Assembly: GCA_965215125.1 (NCBI GenBank)
Contig: OZ244052.1
Coordinates: forward strand, 1-64,000
Length of the DNA stretch: 64,000 bases
Origin: an uncultured candidatus Porisulfidus sp.
GTDB lineage: Bacteria; Pseudomonadota; Gammaproteobacteria; Poriferisulfidales; Oxydemutatoraceae
Direction: 5' to 3'
This document shows, piece by piece, positions 62,371 to 64,000 of this stretch. Position numbers and translations under genes: made by a program. How positions within the stretch are numbered: the stretch's first letter is position 1; each line of letters opens with the position of its first letter. Below the pieces are notes generated by a model. The model did not search any database. It was not told where the DNA came from and worked only from the letters and a program-made list of their open reading frames with translations.

Positions 62371-64000
62371 TTCCTTTTCTCCGGTATCACATCGATGACT
62401 TTTAGGCTTTCAATGCCGCGATCGTCTACGACTTTGACGGCAATGCGGCTATGTTCGCCGAGTTCAAACGGTAAAGATAGCGTGCCTTTATATGATTCTA
62501 TCAAACCCTCGTCTATTTCGGCTCTCAGGTTTTTTGCGAGCTTTGTCCATCCGTCTTTGTCCGCTGCCATCGGGAAAAATACTTGTTTGGGGTATAGGCT
62601 TCTGCCGTCATAGTCGGTATCCAGCATCCAAACGGCTATTCTTCCCTCGTCGCCGGATTCTATCTCGCCGGTTTTCGTGTTGAAATAATCAAAACCTTTG
62701 AGCTTTACTTGCCACTGCCCTATCAGATCGCCTTTGCGTATCGGCTCTATAACAACTTCGGGTTGCCCTATCAACCAGAAGCAATCGCTGGTGCGGTCAC
62801 CTCTCTTTAAGTCTTCGGTTTGTAAATCGGCATTCATTTGAACTTTCAAAATTGAAACATTAGGCCAATTGAACTTGTCTATGTCTTTGGCGGCCTCGGG
62901 GTCAAACTGAAAAGCGACAAAAATAACCATCTGTGGCGTAGGTCTGATTTTATCGGCTTCTTGTAATGCCGCTTCTACTTGGCGAGATTCCAATAATCCG
63001 TGTTCGGGACCGAAGGATAAGACCGCTCGTACGGGTGTATACGCCGGTGCCGGTTCGCTCACGCCCGTACCGGAGTCATCGGGTCTAGTTTCGGCATCGG
63101 CATGAATCCAGCGACCCGGCCACGACTCAATACGAGAGAATGAAATGCGTTGTCCGCCTTTGCCTCTGATACTGGTCTTCAATAGTTCGTTACACCATTC
63201 GCTGTGGCGCAAGGTTGCGCCGCTGCGGGCAACCGTCTCATCCACCGGCGCAGGCTCGGACGCTATGACATCGTCAATCGGCTGGACAATAAGCGACGAT
63301 ACGGCTTCAACCGTAAAAGGACCGGTTACACGCGCTTTTTTGCTATCTTTAGCCGGTTGGTCGTAAAGATAAATTTCTTGAGCCGGCATTGTGCCTGCCA
63401 AAATACCTGCAGATACTTTTTTCAAGGAAGGATAATCAAATCCGCCGCCGATACCTTCGCTGGGATAGGCAAGTTGGTAATAGTCAAAAATAGCAGTCAT
63501 CAATCGCTGCTTGGCAAGCGTGGTTGCTATACGCGAAGTATCGCAAGTAATCCATCGTCTGCCCCATTGCTCGGCAACATAAGCGGTCGCACCCGAACCG
63601 CAAGTTGGATCGAGCACTAAATCACCCGGATCGGTAGTCATTAAAATACAACGCGCAATCACCTTGACCGAAGTTTCAACTACATAGTGTTTATCAGAAG
63701 GATACATTTGTACTGGCCAAAGATTGCTGATTTTTTTACCCGGTACTTCATCCTCATATCTTTTCCATCTCAGTGAATTTTGTCCCTCTAATGCTTCCAG
63801 CCGCCCCAACTCATTTAACTTATCTATACCCTTTTTAGAGATTCTCCACTGTTGATTGGAGGTACAGCGAAAAATTCTACCATTCCAGTGATACGGTTTG
63901 GAGCGTTCAGTATTGGATGTGCCTTGTGATGCAAGGCTAGATCGCTGGTAGATTCGAGCATCTTTGGGTAAAAATTTATCGGGATCAAAGCGTTCTTCGT
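62367..64000 (-). CDS. mod: Type III restriction-modification DNA methyltransferase Mod (5' part outside the window)
   Basis: VIARCILMTTDPGDLVLDPTCGSGAT..AEQWGRRWITCD, IAVKVVDDRGIES. Manual translation shows the frame stays open from 63809 to the window edge. Confidence 0.9.
   Translation of the reverse strand, partial: EERFDPDKFLPKDARIYQRSSLASQGTSNTERSKPYHWNGRIFRCTSNQQWRISKKGIDKLNELGRLEALEGQNSLRWKRYEDEVPGKKISNLWPVQMYPSDKHYVVETSVKVIARCILMTTDPGDLVLDPTCGSGATAYVAEQWGRRWITCDTSRIATTLAKQRLMTAIFDYYQLAYPSEGIGGGFDYPSLKKVSAGILAGTMPAQEIYLYDQPAKDSKKARVTGPFTVEAVSSLIVQPIDDVIASEPAPVDETVARSGATLRHSEWCNELLKTSIRGKGGQRISFSRIESWPGRWIHADAETRPDDSGTGVSEPAPAYTPVRAVLSFGPEHGLLESRQVEAALQEADKIRPTPQMVIFVAFQFDPEAAKDIDKFNWPNVSILKVQMNADLQTEDLKRGDRTSDCFWLIGQPEVVIEPIRKGDLIGQWQVKLKGFDYFNTKTGEIESGDEGRIAVWMLDTDYDGRSLYPKQVFFPMAADKDGWTKLAKNLRAEIDEGLIESYKGTLSLPFELGEHSRIAVKVVDDRGIESLKVIDVIPEKRK

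Overview
Gammaproteobacterial-type chromosomal window. Housekeeping blocks are galE (partial)-GT4-ssb-MFS / uvrA; gltX; accA-tilS-pyrG-kdsA-eno-ribB-ribH-nusB-thiL-pgpA; yccA; and dnaQ. They are interleaved with four accessory regions. (i) An AT-rich ATPase islet (7.0-10.9 kb). (ii) An uncharacterised envelope operon (23.4-32.1 kb): acidic secreted protein, lipoprotein, TPR/PEGA, PEGA+FGE, an unannotated 46-aa membrane peptide, an ExbB/TolQ-like channel and two ExbD-like-anchored vWA proteins. (iii) A 16.2-kb gene for a 5390-aa repetitive GLUG/Ig-like surface protein. (iv) A tightly coupled >12-kb defence operon (51.8-64 kb) in which an ABC-ATPase+PIN pair and a bacterial ubiquitination-like module (multi-Ubl, Ser-type E2, JAB-E1, DUF6527-like gene with an ATA start) lie between the mod and res genes of a type III restriction-modification system, followed by an ATPase+nuclease pair and a DUF488 gene. 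Intergenic regions hold three nested short repeat families: a 46-69 nt double-hairpin REP, a ~125-nt derivative with a strongly covarying hairpin, and a TIR-bounded MITE with interchangeable REP cargo. REP copies appear to supply a Shine-Dalgarno sequence to accA and N-terminal coding sequence to another gene. No rRNA, tRNA, CRISPR array or transposase was recognised. All family calls come from motif reading by eye; no searches were run.
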